A DNA stretch of 52,161 nt from Candidatus Omnitrophota bacterium (GCA_043816025.1 JBDRIH010000030.1:1-52161), one strand, 5' to 3'; shown: positions 19,341 to 30,444, counted from the stretch's first letter. The notes: generated from the letters alone by a model not told the origin. Made by a program: numbers and translations.

Positions 19341-20432
19341 TTATACCAAACCTCTCACGAATATATCCCCGCCGTACCTCTTTACTTCTATGTTCCGCAG
19401 GTGTATTGCCTCGGCTATATTTGGAACCCCGTTGCCTTTAACCGAGGAATAAGGACCGCCTATTATCTTGGGAGCGATAAAGAACATGACTTCGTCGACC
19501 AGAGATTCGTCCATCAAGCTTCCGGTCAGCTCGCCGCCGCCTTCAACCAGGACGTTGACTATGCCCTTCCGGGCCAACGCGCGCAGAAAAATCTTCAGCG
19601 GAACTTTCGTTTTTTTGCTTTTTGTGACTACCACTTCCACACCTTTGACCTGCCGCAACTTCTCTATTTTTGATACACACGCTAGCTCCGTGGTTCCTAC
19701 AATGACCGGGCCCTTGTCCGCTGTTTTAAAAATATTTGCCCCGGCGGGTATTTTAAGGCGGGTATCCACCACTACGCGCGCCGCGCTAGGCGAGCGCCCC
19801 TTCACGTCAAGAAGAAGCGGGTCATCCTTAACGGCCGTATTGGCTCCTACAACAATTGCGTCGAAGCCTGAACGGATCTTTCTGACATATTTCCTTGAGG
19901 CATCGGAAGAGATCCATTTTGACGTTCCGTCCCGGGCGGCTATCTTTCCGTCAACCGATTGCGCGAGTTTCACCGTGACGTACGGGAGTCCCGTGGTGAT
20001 GAACTTTATATACTTTCTGTTAAGCTCCGCCGCTTCTTCGGCCCTCAACCCCAAACTCACCGATATCCCGGCTTTTTTTAACCGCCTTATGCCGCGACCG
20101 CTGTTGAGGGGATTCGGGTCCTCAATCGCAACGTGAACGGCGCTGATTCCGCTTTCTATGATCGTCCGCGTGCAGGGCGGGGTCTTCCCGTAATGGTCGC
20201 ACGGCTCAAGTGTAACGAACATCTCCGCCCCGGAACACGTCCCGGAGACGTCGGCAATCGCTTTGATCTCGGCATGTTCCTCGCCGGCCCTCGAATGATA
20301 TCCCCGGCCGATGACTTTGCCGTTTTTTACTATAACAGCGCCGACCATGGGGTTGGGATAGGTCTTATCCTTAGCTTTTCTGGCCAGTTTCAGCGCCAGT
20401 TTCATATGTTTTGTGTCGGATCTATCGGTCAT
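19341..20432 (-). CDS. ribD: bifunctional diaminohydroxyphosphoribosylaminopyrimidine deaminase / 5-amino-6-(5-phosphoribosylamino)uracil reductase
   Basis: Deaminase zinc motifs EHAEIKAI and TLEPCDHYGKTPPC; C-terminal RibD reductase domain. Confidence 0.92.
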   Translation of the reverse strand: MTDRSDTKHMKLALKLARKAKDKTYPNPMVGAVIVKNGKVIGRGYHSRAGEEHAEIKAIADVSGTCSGAEMFVTLEPCDHYGKTPPCTRTIIESGISAVHVAIEDPNPLNSGRGIRRLKKAGISVSLGLRAEEAAELNRKYIKFITTGLPYVTVKLAQSVDGKIAARDGTSKWISSDASRKYVRKIRSGFDAIVVGANTAVKDDPLLLDVKGRSPSAARVVVDTRLKIPAGANIFKTADKGPVIVGTTELACVSKIEKLRQVKGVEVVVTKSKKTKVPLKIFLRALARKGIVNVLVEGGGELTGSLMDESLVDEVMFFIAPKIIGGPYSSVKGNGVPNIAEAIHLRNIEVKRYGGDIFVRGLV

Positions 20433-21280
20433 GCTTTTTTACGAGCCTGCTCCTCTCGAATCTTTTCCGCTTCTTGCCTCAGGTCCTCGACTACTTCGTA
20501 TCCTACCTTGATTTTTCCTATAAGGATCTTGCCCGGCCCCATACCGTGACAGTCCGACCCGCCGGTTATGAGCAGATTATATTTCTTCGCCAGATTGAAA
20601 TACTTATCGTTTACCCCCGAACGGTGTTTGGTATGAAATACCTCGATGCCCTTTAACCCCGCCTGTACAAAAGAAGGTATATCATCGTCTTTACCCATGG
20701 TCCCCGGATGCGCCAGGACCGGGACGCCTCCGGCTTTTCTTATCATTTCTATGGCTTTCCTGTAATCCAAGCGTTCGTGTTTCACATGACAGCTTTTCCC
20801 GTCGCCTATATACCTGTCGAAAGCCTCCTTTATGTCTCTGACGATATTCTCTTCCACCATCACACGGGCAAGATGAAGTCGTCCGGCGGTGCCTTCTGAA
20901 ACTTCCAAAAAGACCTTCTCCTCGCTAATATTTATTCCATTCTCCCGCAGCAAACACAGCATCTTTTTCATCCTATCGATACGGCTTTGCTTCATTTTCT
21001 TAAACGTTTTCAGGAGGGACGGGTCCTGCCATTCTATAAAATATCCAAGGATATGGATCTCGGTATCGCCCTTGGCGGCTGAGATCTCGACCCCCGGGAC
21101 GATTTCCAGACCGGTTCCAGCTGCAGCCTCAATGCTCGGCGAAATGCCTTCCACACAGTCGTGGTCTGTTATGGCAACGGCGCTTAATTCCAACTCCACG
21201 GCTTTCTGTACGACCTTTTCCGGGGAGAACATGCCGTCCGAATAAGCTGTATGCACATGCAGGTCGGCGTAACCGTTCAT
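20429..21280 (-). CDS. PHP-domain metal-dependent phosphoesterase (TrpH/YciV-like)
   Basis: N-terminus [28 protein letters not shown] overlaps with nusB (21277-21280) and ribD (20429-20432). Confidence 0.8.
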   Translation of the reverse strand: MNGYADLHVHTAYSDGMFSPEKVVQKAVELELSAVAITDHDCVEGISPSIEAAAGTGLEIVPGVEISAAKGDTEIHILGYFIEWQDPSLLKTFKKMKQSRIDRMKKMLCLLRENGINISEEKVFLEVSEGTAGRLHLARVMVEENIVRDIKEAFDRYIGDGKSCHVKHERLDYRKAIEMIRKAGGVPVLAHPGTMGKDDDIPSFVQAGLKGIEVFHTKHRSGVNDKYFNLAKKYNLLITGGSDCHGMGPGKILIGKIKVGYEVVEDLRQEAEKIREEQARKKA

Positions 21281-21690
21281 ACTGCCCTTTCTGTCTTGTT
21301 GATCTTATCGAGTACCCCGTTCACAAATTTGCCCGAATCCTTGTCGCCGTATTTTTTCGCCATTTCTATAGCCTCGTTGATGGCGACTTTGGGCGGTATT
21401 TCCGCGACATACAGAAGCTCAAAGGAAGCGATCCTCAGGATGTTTCTATCTATGGTAGCCATGCGGCCAAGTTCCCAGTTCGTGGCGTAGCGGGTAATTG
21501 ATGCGTCCACCTCTTCCCTGTTGCTGGTGACACCGAAAACGAGAAAGTCCGAAAATTCCCTGACCCCCTCATCGACGGTTGTGCTGTTTTCCCAGAACTT
21601 CCGGCAGCTATCCTCGACTGGTTCTTTGTTGATATCGCTGGCGTAAAGGATCTTCAGCGCTATTTCACGCGAAAGAGTACGCTTCCTCAT
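21277..21690 (-). CDS. nusB: transcription antitermination factor NusB
   Basis: 137 aa; [22 protein letters not shown]. Confidence 0.9.
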   Translation of the reverse strand: MRKRTLSREIALKILYASDINKEPVEDSCRKFWENSTTVDEGVREFSDFLVFGVTSNREEVDASITRYATNWELGRMATIDRNILRIASFELLYVAEIPPKVAINEAIEMAKKYGDKDSGKFVNGVLDKINKTERAV

Positions 21691-21710
21691 CCCTCATCCT
21701 CTCCTTATTT

Positions 21711-22181
21711 TTAGACAGCCGAATACAGGTTGCACATCTCGATGGCGGTCCTTGCGGCTTCTCTTCCTTTATTACCGCTCTTTGTGCCCGCTCTATCCAG
21801 CGCCTGCTCGAGATTGTCAGTTGTTATTATACCGAACACGCAGGGTATGTCACTGTCCATCGCGACCTTTGCGACTCCCTTGGCCGCCTCACCGGCGATA
21901 AAATCAAAATGAGGCGTCTCGCCCCTTATGATCGTCCCCAGACAGATAACGGCATCGTATTTCCCGGATGTGCTCATTCTTTTAGCGAGCATCGGTATCT
22001 CAAACGAACCCGGGACCCATACAACAGAGATAGCGCCTTCCTCCGCGCCGTGACTAACAAGTGTATCAATAGCCCCTTCCAGGAGCCTTGACGATACGAA
22101 CTCATTAAAGCGCGAGACGACGATCCCGAACTTTTTGTCCTTCGCCAGCATGTTGCCTTTGATAACCTTTGAATTTGCCAT
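21711..22181 (-). CDS. ribH: 6,7-dimethyl-8-ribityllumazine synthase
   Basis: [30 protein letters not shown]. Confidence 0.93.
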   Translation of the reverse strand: MANSKVIKGNMLAKDKKFGIVVSRFNEFVSSRLLEGAIDTLVSHGAEEGAISVVWVPGSFEIPMLAKRMSTSGKYDAVICLGTIIRGETPHFDFIAGEAAKGVAKVAMDSDIPCVFGIITTDNLEQALDRAGTKSGNKGREAARTAIEMCNLYSAV

Positions 22182-22191
22182 CTTTTCCTCC

Positions 22192-23391
22192 TTAAACGTT
22201 TTTTAATCTATGTCCTAAACGATTCTTCTTTGTCCTTAAATAGGCCTTGTTCCTGGCGCCCGGTTTTATCTCCAGGGGCACCCTGCTCACAACGCGCAGG
22301 CCATAACCCTTAAGACCTATGATCTTTCTGGGATTGTTCGTCAAGAGCCTTATCTTCTTCAGGCCAAGATCGGCCAGTATCTGGGCCCCTATGCCGTAAT
22401 CCCTCAGGTCAGGTTTGAACCCGAGTTTTTCGTTCGCCTCCACGGTATCGCATCCCTCATCCTGCAGCTGGTACGCTTTCAACTTGTTCAGTATACCTAT
22501 ACCACGGCCTTCCTGAGAAAGGTACAGTATTACACCTTTGCCTTCATCGGATATTATCCGCATCGCTTCCTCAAGCTGGTCCCCGCAATCGCAGCGAAGC
22601 GAATGGAAGACGTCCCCGGTCAGGCATTGCGAATGCACCCTGACAAGCACATCGCTAGTTGTGATATCGCCCTTGACCAGGGCAAGATGCTGATAATCGT
22701 CTATCATCGACTTATACGCGTGCAAACGGAACCCGCCGAAAGACGTCGGAAGATCGGTCTCCGCGACTTTCTCGATAAATTTCTCTTTCGCTCTGCGGTA
22801 TTTTATAAGGTCCTCAATAGCGCAAATCTTCAAATTATGTTTGGCGGCGAACTTCGCCAGGTCCGGCATCCTCGCCATCGTACCGTCCTCGTTCATTATC
22901 TCACATATTACGCCTACCGGTTCCTCCCCCGCGAGTTTCATAAGATCGACACTTGCCTCGGTATGGCCTGCCCGGACAAGAACTCCTCCTTTTTTGGACC
23001 TTAAGGGGAACACATGGCCCGGTTTCGTGAACAGTTCCTCGGTCGATTTAGGATCCGCCAGAAGCTTTATGGTATGGGCGCGGTCATGCGCGGATATCCC
23101 GGTGGTCACGCCTTCGGCGGCGTCAACGGATACAGCCCAGGCCGTTTTATAAGGATCCTGCGCCTCGCGCGACATAAGATGAAGCCCCAGGTTTTCCGCG
23201 AGGCCATCTTCCATGGGGACGCATATAAGGCCCCTGCCGTATTTTGCCATGAAATTGATCTTCTCCGCCGTGATATGCGCGGCGGAGGCTATAAGATCCC
23301 CTTCGTTCTCCCTTGAAGGGTCATCCACGACTACGACCATCCGGCCTCTATGGATATCTTTGACTACTTCGTTTATCGTGTTCAATTTCAC
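22192..23391 (-). CDS. ribBA: bifunctional 3,4-dihydroxy-2-butanone-4-phosphate synthase / GTP cyclohydrolase II
   Basis: [11 protein letters not shown] (DHBP synthase) and [10 protein letters not shown] (GTP cyclohydrolase II zinc site). GTG start with AAGGA upstream. Confidence 0.92.
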   Translation of the reverse strand: MKLNTINEVVKDIHRGRMVVVVDDPSRENEGDLIASAAHITAEKINFMAKYGRGLICVPMEDGLAENLGLHLMSREAQDPYKTAWAVSVDAAEGVTTGISAHDRAHTIKLLADPKSTEELFTKPGHVFPLRSKKGGVLVRAGHTEASVDLMKLAGEEPVGVICEIMNEDGTMARMPDLAKFAAKHNLKICAIEDLIKYRRAKEKFIEKVAETDLPTSFGGFRLHAYKSMIDDYQHLALVKGDITTSDVLVRVHSQCLTGDVFHSLRCDCGDQLEEAMRIISDEGKGVILYLSQEGRGIGILNKLKAYQLQDEGCDTVEANEKLGFKPDLRDYGIGAQILADLGLKKIRLLTNNPRKIIGLKGYGLRVVSRVPLEIKPGARNKAYLRTKKNRLGHRLKNV

Positions 23392-23420
23392 ATCTGGTCC
23401 TTTTACTTCTCTCCCGCGTA

Positions 23421-23456
23421 TAAAAAAAGCCCTGAAATAAACTTCAGGGCTTTTTG
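23421..23456 (-). terminator. intrinsic terminator, the expression platform of the FMN riboswitch
   Basis: Minus strand: gccctgaa gtttat ttcagggc followed by TTTTTTT. Confidence 0.8.
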
Positions 23457-23476
23457 TTTACACAAAGTCAGTTTCT

Positions 23477-23634
23477 AACTTCTCCCATCCCGGCTTTACG
23501 GTCGGTATTCGCTTCTCACGAATTCAGATCTAATAACGAGATCTCGCGGACTTATCCTCTGTTTCCATCTTAGGAATCACCGCCGACTAAGGAATTTCCC
23601 GCGATCGATGGCGGGATCACCTTACCCTGAAGTG
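23477..23634 (-). ncRNA. FMN riboswitch (RFN element) aptamer
   Basis: The minus strand carries the conserved RFN blocks cttcaggg..ggtga, gaaattcc, cggcggt, agtccgcga and ccgaccgtaaagccgggatgggagaag. It lies directly upstream of ribBA. Confidence 0.88.
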
Positions 23635-23641
23635 CAAAATG

Positions 23642-23669
23642 ATTTTAACACACTCCTTCTATAAGTCAA
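23642..23669 (-). promoter_or_regulatory. putative sigma70-type promoter of the rib operon
   Basis: On the minus strand: TTGACT, 16 nt, TAAAAT, immediately upstream of the riboswitch 5' end. Confidence 0.5.
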
Positions 23670-23684
23670 CAACAAAGAGCAAAA

Positions 23685-23749
23685 CTAACCTGACAGATCT
23701 AACCAGGTTAATCTAATCTAACCAGGTTAGTTTAACCTGGTTAGATTAG
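23685..23749. repeat. Family-A repeat cluster: one unit plus a 17-bp-stem hairpin
   Basis: ctaacctgacagatctaaccaggtta at CTAATCTAACCAGGTTA gtt TAACCTGGTTAGATTAG. It lies 6 nt past the groEL stop. Confidence 0.9.
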
Positions 23750-23755
23750 CAATTT

Positions 23756-25399
<1,644 letters not shown>

Positions 25400-25442
25400 T
25401 TATTAGTTTACGCGTATTCTTTGTTTTGACAGCAATTTGAGT

Positions 25443-25730
25443 TTATCCGATAATGCCCAGAACATCCTCTTCCTTTAACATCAATAGGTTTCTGTCATCT
25501 ATTTTTAATTCCGTCCCGGAATACTTACCAAAAAGCACCAAGTCCCCTTTTTTTACCTCCAGAGGAAGAATCTTCCCCTCATCGGAAACTTTTCCCTTTC
25601 CGACAGCGACTACCTTAGCCTGCTGCGGTTTTTCCTTGGCGGTATCAGGCACAACTATCCCGCCTTTTGTGATTTCTTCCGCTTCAAGGATTTCAACAAG
25701 AATCCTGTCACCAAGTGGTTTTACTTTCAT
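25443..25730 (-). CDS. groES: co-chaperonin GroES
   Basis: MKVKPLGDRILVE.. Start at the Met with GGAGGA 7 nt upstream. The ORF is open to 25745. Confidence 0.95.
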   Translation of the reverse strand: MKVKPLGDRILVEILEAEEITKGGIVVPDTAKEKPQQAKVVAVGKGKVSDEGKILPLEVKKGDLVLFGKYSGTELKIDDRNLLMLKEEDVLGIIG

Positions 25731-25787
25731 AACGGTCTCCTCCATTTTAAGTTACTTACCTTGTTTCTTTCCGTCTTTTGCTTTGTT

Positions 25788-25814
25788 TTAGCACTCGTTC
25801 CTTAAGAGTGCTAA
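25788..25814. promoter_or_regulatory. CIRCE operator (HrcA binding site)
   Basis: Perfect TTAGCACTC-N9-GAGTGCTAA between the promoter and groES. Confidence 0.92.
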
Positions 25815-25824
25815 GGACTTATTC

Positions 25825-25852
25825 ATTTTAGCCAAAATTCATATATTGTCAA
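25825..25852 (-). promoter_or_regulatory. putative sigma70-type promoter of groESL
   Basis: On the minus strand: TTGACA, 16 nt, TAAAAT, directly upstream of CIRCE. Confidence 0.6.
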
Positions 25853-25932
25853 GAAATTTCTTTTAAAAAACGTAGATTTTCGTAACTACAGGTAAATATT
25901 GAGGAAACGATAGCACCCTAACCTGCCACAAT

Positions 25933-25958
25933 GTAGGTCACGTTTAAACGTGACCTAC
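25933..25958. repeat. Family-B perfect 26-bp palindrome
   Basis: GTAGGTCACGTTTAAACGTGACCTAC. A related copy lies at 41266-41310. Confidence 0.85.
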
Positions 25959-25961
25959 AGC

Positions 25962-26708
25962 TTACAGATCTCTGGTTAGAAAATTAAGGCCGGTGAATAT
26001 AAGGTCGGGGTGGACTTTATTTATATGGCGGGAATATTTCGCGACAAGCCCGGCATCGCCGCCGGTGGCCGCTATCTTAAGTTTTTTTCCGTATTTTTTT
26101 CTGAACATCTGTACGATGCCGTCGCACATGGCGGCATAACCGAACAGCATCCCTTTATTCATGCTGCCGCGCGTATCGCGTCCTATGAGGCCCTTTGTCC
26201 GTTTGACTACTATCTTTGGCAAAAGCGCGGTATTCTGAACAAGCGACTCAAGACCCAGCCTGAATCCGGGAAATATCAGGCCACCTTCATACTCCCCTTT
26301 GTGATTGACAAGATCAAAAGTGACCGCCGTCCCGAAATCCACGACAAGTACAGGCCGGCCGTATACCCGCGCGGCGGCAAAAGAGACCGCCAGACGGTCC
26401 TGCCCCACTTCTTGCGGGTTCTTATATTTTATCTTCATCGGGACTTTAATATCTTTACCGACAAAGAGTATCGGTACTTTGGGGGCAATAACCTTCAGGC
26501 TTTTTTTCATTATAGAACTGAACTTCGGCACGACACTCACGATAACGATCCTGTCGATCCCGAAAAGGCTAGCGCCTAAAAGCCGTTTAAGCGTCTTCGA
26601 GGAAACCTCTTTTTTAGAGGTATGGATAAAATACCTTTTTTGAATTTTTTCCCCGTGCACAACGGCAATAGAAGTATTAGTATTTCCTATATCGATCAAA
26701 AGTTTCAT
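25962..26708 (-). CDS. coaX: type III pantothenate kinase
   Basis: MKLLIDIGNTNTS, DFGTAVTFD, ATGGDA. Start at Met11 (26708), just after the birA stop. Confidence 0.9.
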   Translation of the reverse strand: MKLLIDIGNTNTSIAVVHGEKIQKRYFIHTSKKEVSSKTLKRLLGASLFGIDRIVIVSVVPKFSSIMKKSLKVIAPKVPILFVGKDIKVPMKIKYKNPQEVGQDRLAVSFAAARVYGRPVLVVDFGTAVTFDLVNHKGEYEGGLIFPGFRLGLESLVQNTALLPKIVVKRTKGLIGRDTRGSMNKGMLFGYAAMCDGIVQMFRKKYGKKLKIAATGGDAGLVAKYSRHINKVHPDLIFTGLNFLTRDL

Positions 26709-26712
26709 GTTT

Positions 26713-27690
26713 CTACCTGCACAGGACCACGTCACCACTGAATACCCTTTGGAGCCTTCCCGTGTCCGTCCTTATAATCAAAGCACCTTTCTCGTCTATG
26801 TCCGTCGCCAAACCCTCGATCGAACGGTGATGCTCCGTGACCTTTACGTGCCTGCCCAGAACCAAGGATAGCTCCTTGCATTCTTCCCTGAGCGAGGCGA
26901 ACCCCTCTTTTTTAAACCGCACATAGTCTTTCTCAAATTCCTCCAGCATGCATCTGATAAGTTCGGCCCGGCTGACATGCCGGGAGAGCTCTATCTTCAA
27001 GCTTGTGCCTTCGGGAGGAAGTTTTTTGGCGGGGGTGTTGACGTTTATGCCGATACCGAGAACCAGAAAATCCACCCTGTCCGGCTGGGCCTTGAGCTCC
27101 GTCAATATGCCGCATAACTTTTTGCCGCCAACAAGTATATCGTTCGGCCATTTTATACGGGTTTCCAACTCGCATGTCTTTTTTATGGCCCTGATGAAGG
27201 CCGCCGCCGCGACAAGAGTGATCGTGGGCACTTCATCCGTTTCCACATCGGGCCGCAGTATAAGCGACATATATATTCCGCCGGTTTTTGGCGACACCCA
27301 TTTTCTTCCTATCCTTCCCTTGCCGTGCGTCTGCGTCTCCGCGATGACAAGCGTGCCTTCCGGCTGGCCACTTTCTGCCAGTTCGTAAGCCCTGTCATTC
27401 GTCGAACCAATATTCTCGTAGTAATAAACGGATTTTCGGCCTATCGTCTCTGTCTCAAGACCCTCGCTGATCTCGTATCCGTACAACCTGTCCGGGACAG
27501 ACTTGAGTCTGTACCCCAGGTGTGGCACGGCCTCGATGACGTATCCCGATTCCCTGAGTTTCTTTATATATTTCCAGACACATGCCCGCGAGACCCCCAG
27601 CGCGCCCGAGATATCCTCCCCGGAAATAAACCCGACTTCGTCCTTGCGGAAAAAACCTATTATCCTCTTTTCAATATCAAACTCTTTCAT
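26713..27690 (-). CDS. birA: bifunctional biotin-[acetyl-CoA-carboxylase] ligase / biotin operon repressor
   Basis: N-terminal winged HTH, and GKGRIGRKW (the GRGRxGRxW motif). Confidence 0.9.
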   Translation of the reverse strand: MKEFDIEKRIIGFFRKDEVGFISGEDISGALGVSRACVWKYIKKLRESGYVIEAVPHLGYRLKSVPDRLYGYEISEGLETETIGRKSVYYYENIGSTNDRAYELAESGQPEGTLVIAETQTHGKGRIGRKWVSPKTGGIYMSLILRPDVETDEVPTITLVAAAAFIRAIKKTCELETRIKWPNDILVGGKKLCGILTELKAQPDRVDFLVLGIGINVNTPAKKLPPEGTSLKIELSRHVSRAELIRCMLEEFEKDYVRFKKEGFASLREECKELSLVLGRHVKVTEHHRSIEGLATDIDEKGALIIRTDTGRLQRVFSGDVVLCR

Positions 27691-27729
27691 TTTTTTAAAT
27701 CCGGTACGGTCCGCTTGATGTGCCCGTCA

Positions 27730-28635
27730 TTAGATCAATCCCTTAAGGCCGATCCCCTTATAAATCACCAGATGATCCTGCATCTGTACCAGCGGCCTCC
27801 TCCTCTGCCAGAACTTTTTGTAAACAAACTCCGTGATCTCTTCCTTCTGGGCCGGCCTATATTTATGCACGTTCGGATAAAGAAGTATCATCCAGACCAC
27901 CGCCATGAGTTTTGTAAAATCGTCCACGAAAAAATTAACGCGATTAGTCCTTGAAAGTATCTGGGCCCTGTCATAAATGCGGCTGTTCTTCAGCTCTTTC
28001 TTAAATATGGATAGATCCTGATTGTTGCGATACCCGAAAAATTTTCCTACGAAATGGTTGTAAAGCCAGGTAGTGGTATTTTGCTCACCGGTCTCTGCGG
28101 ACATGAGCACTATGTGCATGGCTCCTTTTGGCGCCAAGACCTTCTGATACAAGTTACGAAGAATCACGTGCCACGTCACTTCTTCACAATAATAAAGAGA
28201 ATGATGAAGCGTGATGAGGCTTACCTTTTGCCCGTCGAGTCTTCTCTTTAAAAAAAGTTCCGTCTTTTTTGGGTCTAAAAAAATCCTGTTATAATCATCA
28301 AGAACGGTCGTTACATGATCCGTATACTGGCGAGAGATACGCTCCTTGACAAGATCAAGCGCTTCTTCCTCAACGTCCAAGAGGTAAAGCCCTCCCCGGA
28401 ACGCGGTCTCTAAAATCCGAAACTGCGGTTCGTCGCTGGATCCGATAGAAAGCGCCCGCATGGCTTTAGATAAAGGAAGGTCCTTACTCAAAGTCCTTAT
28501 AACCCCGGCAAGCTCTTCGCCGATGTCGACTTTATCATTGCTATAACGCGCCCAAATCTTGTCTTCCTGATATAGTTTGGAATCGGCTACCTTGATCCCG
28601 AGTTCGATCATTTTTCTGTCACCGCAGCGCAACAT
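27730..28635 (-). CDS. hypothetical protein, class I methyltransferase-like fold with a degenerate SAM loop
   Basis: MTase-like spacing: ALSIGSSDEPQ (motif I position, no GxGxG), LYLLDVEEEA, LAPKGAMHIVL. Weak assignment. Confidence 0.35.
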   Translation of the reverse strand: MLRCGDRKMIELGIKVADSKLYQEDKIWARYSNDKVDIGEELAGVIRTLSKDLPLSKAMRALSIGSSDEPQFRILETAFRGGLYLLDVEEEALDLVKERISRQYTDHVTTVLDDYNRIFLDPKKTELFLKRRLDGQKVSLITLHHSLYYCEEVTWHVILRNLYQKVLAPKGAMHIVLMSAETGEQNTTTWLYNHFVGKFFGYRNNQDLSIFKKELKNSRIYDRAQILSRTNRVNFFVDDFTKLMAVVWMILLYPNVHKYRPAQKEEITEFVYKKFWQRRRPLVQMQDHLVIYKGIGLKGLI

Positions 28636-28660
28636 GACTTACCTTTCTTCTTTTAAACGC

Positions 28661-29269
28661 TCACCCTATGAGCACACGCGTCAACGCCCCCACAAGCGGA
28701 AATATAACCTTATCAAAAAGCCCCAGATACAAAAGAGCTATGAGTATGATAAAACCGTACCTCTGGAGCCATACAAAGTGATGCACCACCGTGCGCGGCA
28801 GGATCGAAAAAACTATATTCGCCCCGTCAAGAGGAGGTATCGGTATCATGTTAAATATGCCCAGGATAAGATTGATTAGGACCCCCAGCAGCAAAAACGT
28901 CCACGGTACCGAATGTGCCTGAAACATTCCCATCTTGAAAAAGACCGCAAATACAACCGCAAGGATAAAGTTTGCTCCCGGGCCCGCCAGGGCCGTAAGC
29001 AGCATGCCTTCTCTGGGGTTGGCGAAATTGTAGGGGTTCACAGGAACCGGTTTGGCCCATCCGAATATTACCGGCGAACGCGTTATGATGAGCAGCGCCG
29101 GTAGGACAACGGTTCCTACCGGGTCCAGGTGCGCCAAAGGGTTTAACGTGAGTCTTCCGGCGAGTCTGGCGGTTGAATCTCCAAGTCTGTATGCGACGTA
29201 CCCGTGGGCGAGTTCATGCGCTATGATCGCTATAACAAAAACGGTAATTGAAATAATCACGCTGATCAT
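28661..29269 (-). CDS. site-2 protease family (peptidase M50) membrane protein
   Basis: HELAHG zinc motif in the first TM helix; LDG in a later TM helix. Confidence 0.85.
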   Translation of the reverse strand: MISVIISITVFVIAIIAHELAHGYVAYRLGDSTARLAGRLTLNPLAHLDPVGTVVLPALLIITRSPVIFGWAKPVPVNPYNFANPREGMLLTALAGPGANFILAVVFAVFFKMGMFQAHSVPWTFLLLGVLINLILGIFNMIPIPPLDGANIVFSILPRTVVHHFVWLQRYGFIILIALLYLGLFDKVIFPLVGALTRVLIG

Positions 29270-29270
29270 T

Positions 29271-29471
29271 CTATCCGAGCGTATACCCCATGCGCTTGAG
29301 GGCTTTGTTCATCCTGTCCAGCGCCTGTTTTACCGTTCTGCCCTCTGTAAGGTTGTTCTTGCAGATAACGGCATAGCCCTTACGGTTTTTTATTTTAAAC
29401 GTCTTTGCCATGGATCTCGATATTTTTTCAAGTTTTTTCTGTTTCCCCATATCTCTCGCCTCCTTTGACAA
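29271..29471 (-). CDS. small basic hypothetical protein
   Basis: 66-aa ORF, lysine/arginine rich. Its stop lies 1 nt before the M50 protease start. I recognise no family. Confidence 0.4.
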   Translation of the reverse strand: MSKEARDMGKQKKLEKISRSMAKTFKIKNRKGYAVICKNNLTEGRTVKQALDRMNKALKRMGYTLG

Positions 29472-29500
29472 CCGGTGTCCGGGTGCAGATACCTACCGCG

Positions 29501-30442
29501 TCAGTCGAGTTTCTGCAGATATTTGTAATAATCACCATCCGTGGTAAGTATTATCGTAGTGTTTTCGTCCACCGTACCGTTGTAAGTCTCAAGCGTCTTC
29601 AGAAACGAGTAAAATTCGGGATCCTTGCTGTAGGACTCCGCGTATATGGCTACCGCCTCCGCGTCCGCCTGTCCGCGTAGGCCCTGCGCCGTCCTGTACG
29701 CCTCCGATGTGATAAGTTTCAGTTCTTTCTCCATCTGTCCCTGTATCTCGGCGCTTTTTCCGCGCCCTTCGGAACGGTACTGTTCGGCGGCACGTTTCCT
29801 CTCGGCTATCATCCGGTCGTACACCTTTTTTCTTACCTCTTCAATGTAATTTATCCGTTTTATTCTCACATCGACCAGCTCTATGCCGTACTGAGGCGCG
29901 ATTTCTTCCGCACGGGCCAGGATCTCGTTTTCCAGCTCGTGCCGTCCGACCTTTATCCGTTCCAGCGCCTCCTCGGCGATCGTGACGGCCTCTTCCCCGC
30001 CCATCGCGTCGAGGATACGGTTGGAATCCCTTATCGTCTCAACGAGCAGGTGGCTCGTGACCACGTCCCTGGTCGCGGAATTGATGATATCATCCAGCCG
30101 GGCGTGCGCAGCCCTTTCGCTGCCCATGGACTGCAAAAATTTTAACGCGTTGACTATCTGCCACCGCGCGGTGGTGTCGACCCATATGTACTTCTTGTCC
30201 CTTGTGGGTATCTGATTGGGGTCTCCGTCCCATTCCAGAAGACGTTTATCAAAATAATGCGCCTGCTGTATGAACGGCGACTTAAAATGTAGTCCCGCTT
30301 CCGTAACAGGCTCGCCGATGGGCCTGCCGAACTGGGTGATAACAACCTGGCTCGTTTCAGGAACTATGTATATCGCTCCCGTCACAAAAGCAATGACCAC
30401 TATAACGGCTAAACTTGCAACTATTCTGATTAATCTCTTCAT
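29501..30442 (-). CDS. hflC: protease modulator HflC (SPFH/band 7)
   Basis: N-terminal TM helix and SPFH domain. Second gene of the pair. Confidence 0.85.
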   Translation of the reverse strand: MKRLIRIVASLAVIVVIAFVTGAIYIVPETSQVVITQFGRPIGEPVTEAGLHFKSPFIQQAHYFDKRLLEWDGDPNQIPTRDKKYIWVDTTARWQIVNALKFLQSMGSERAAHARLDDIINSATRDVVTSHLLVETIRDSNRILDAMGGEEAVTIAEEALERIKVGRHELENEILARAEEIAPQYGIELVDVRIKRINYIEEVRKKVYDRMIAERKRAAEQYRSEGRGKSAEIQGQMEKELKLITSEAYRTAQGLRGQADAEAVAIYAESYSKDPEFYSFLKTLETYNGTVDENTTIILTTDGDYYKYLQKLD

Positions 30443-30444
30443 CT

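Noticed and set aside
25933-25958. Family-B palindrome as a parS centromere site.
   Set aside because: CACGTTT|AAACGTG is a permuted version of the parS half-sites (GTTTCAC|GTGAAAC), not a match. There is no parAB nearby.
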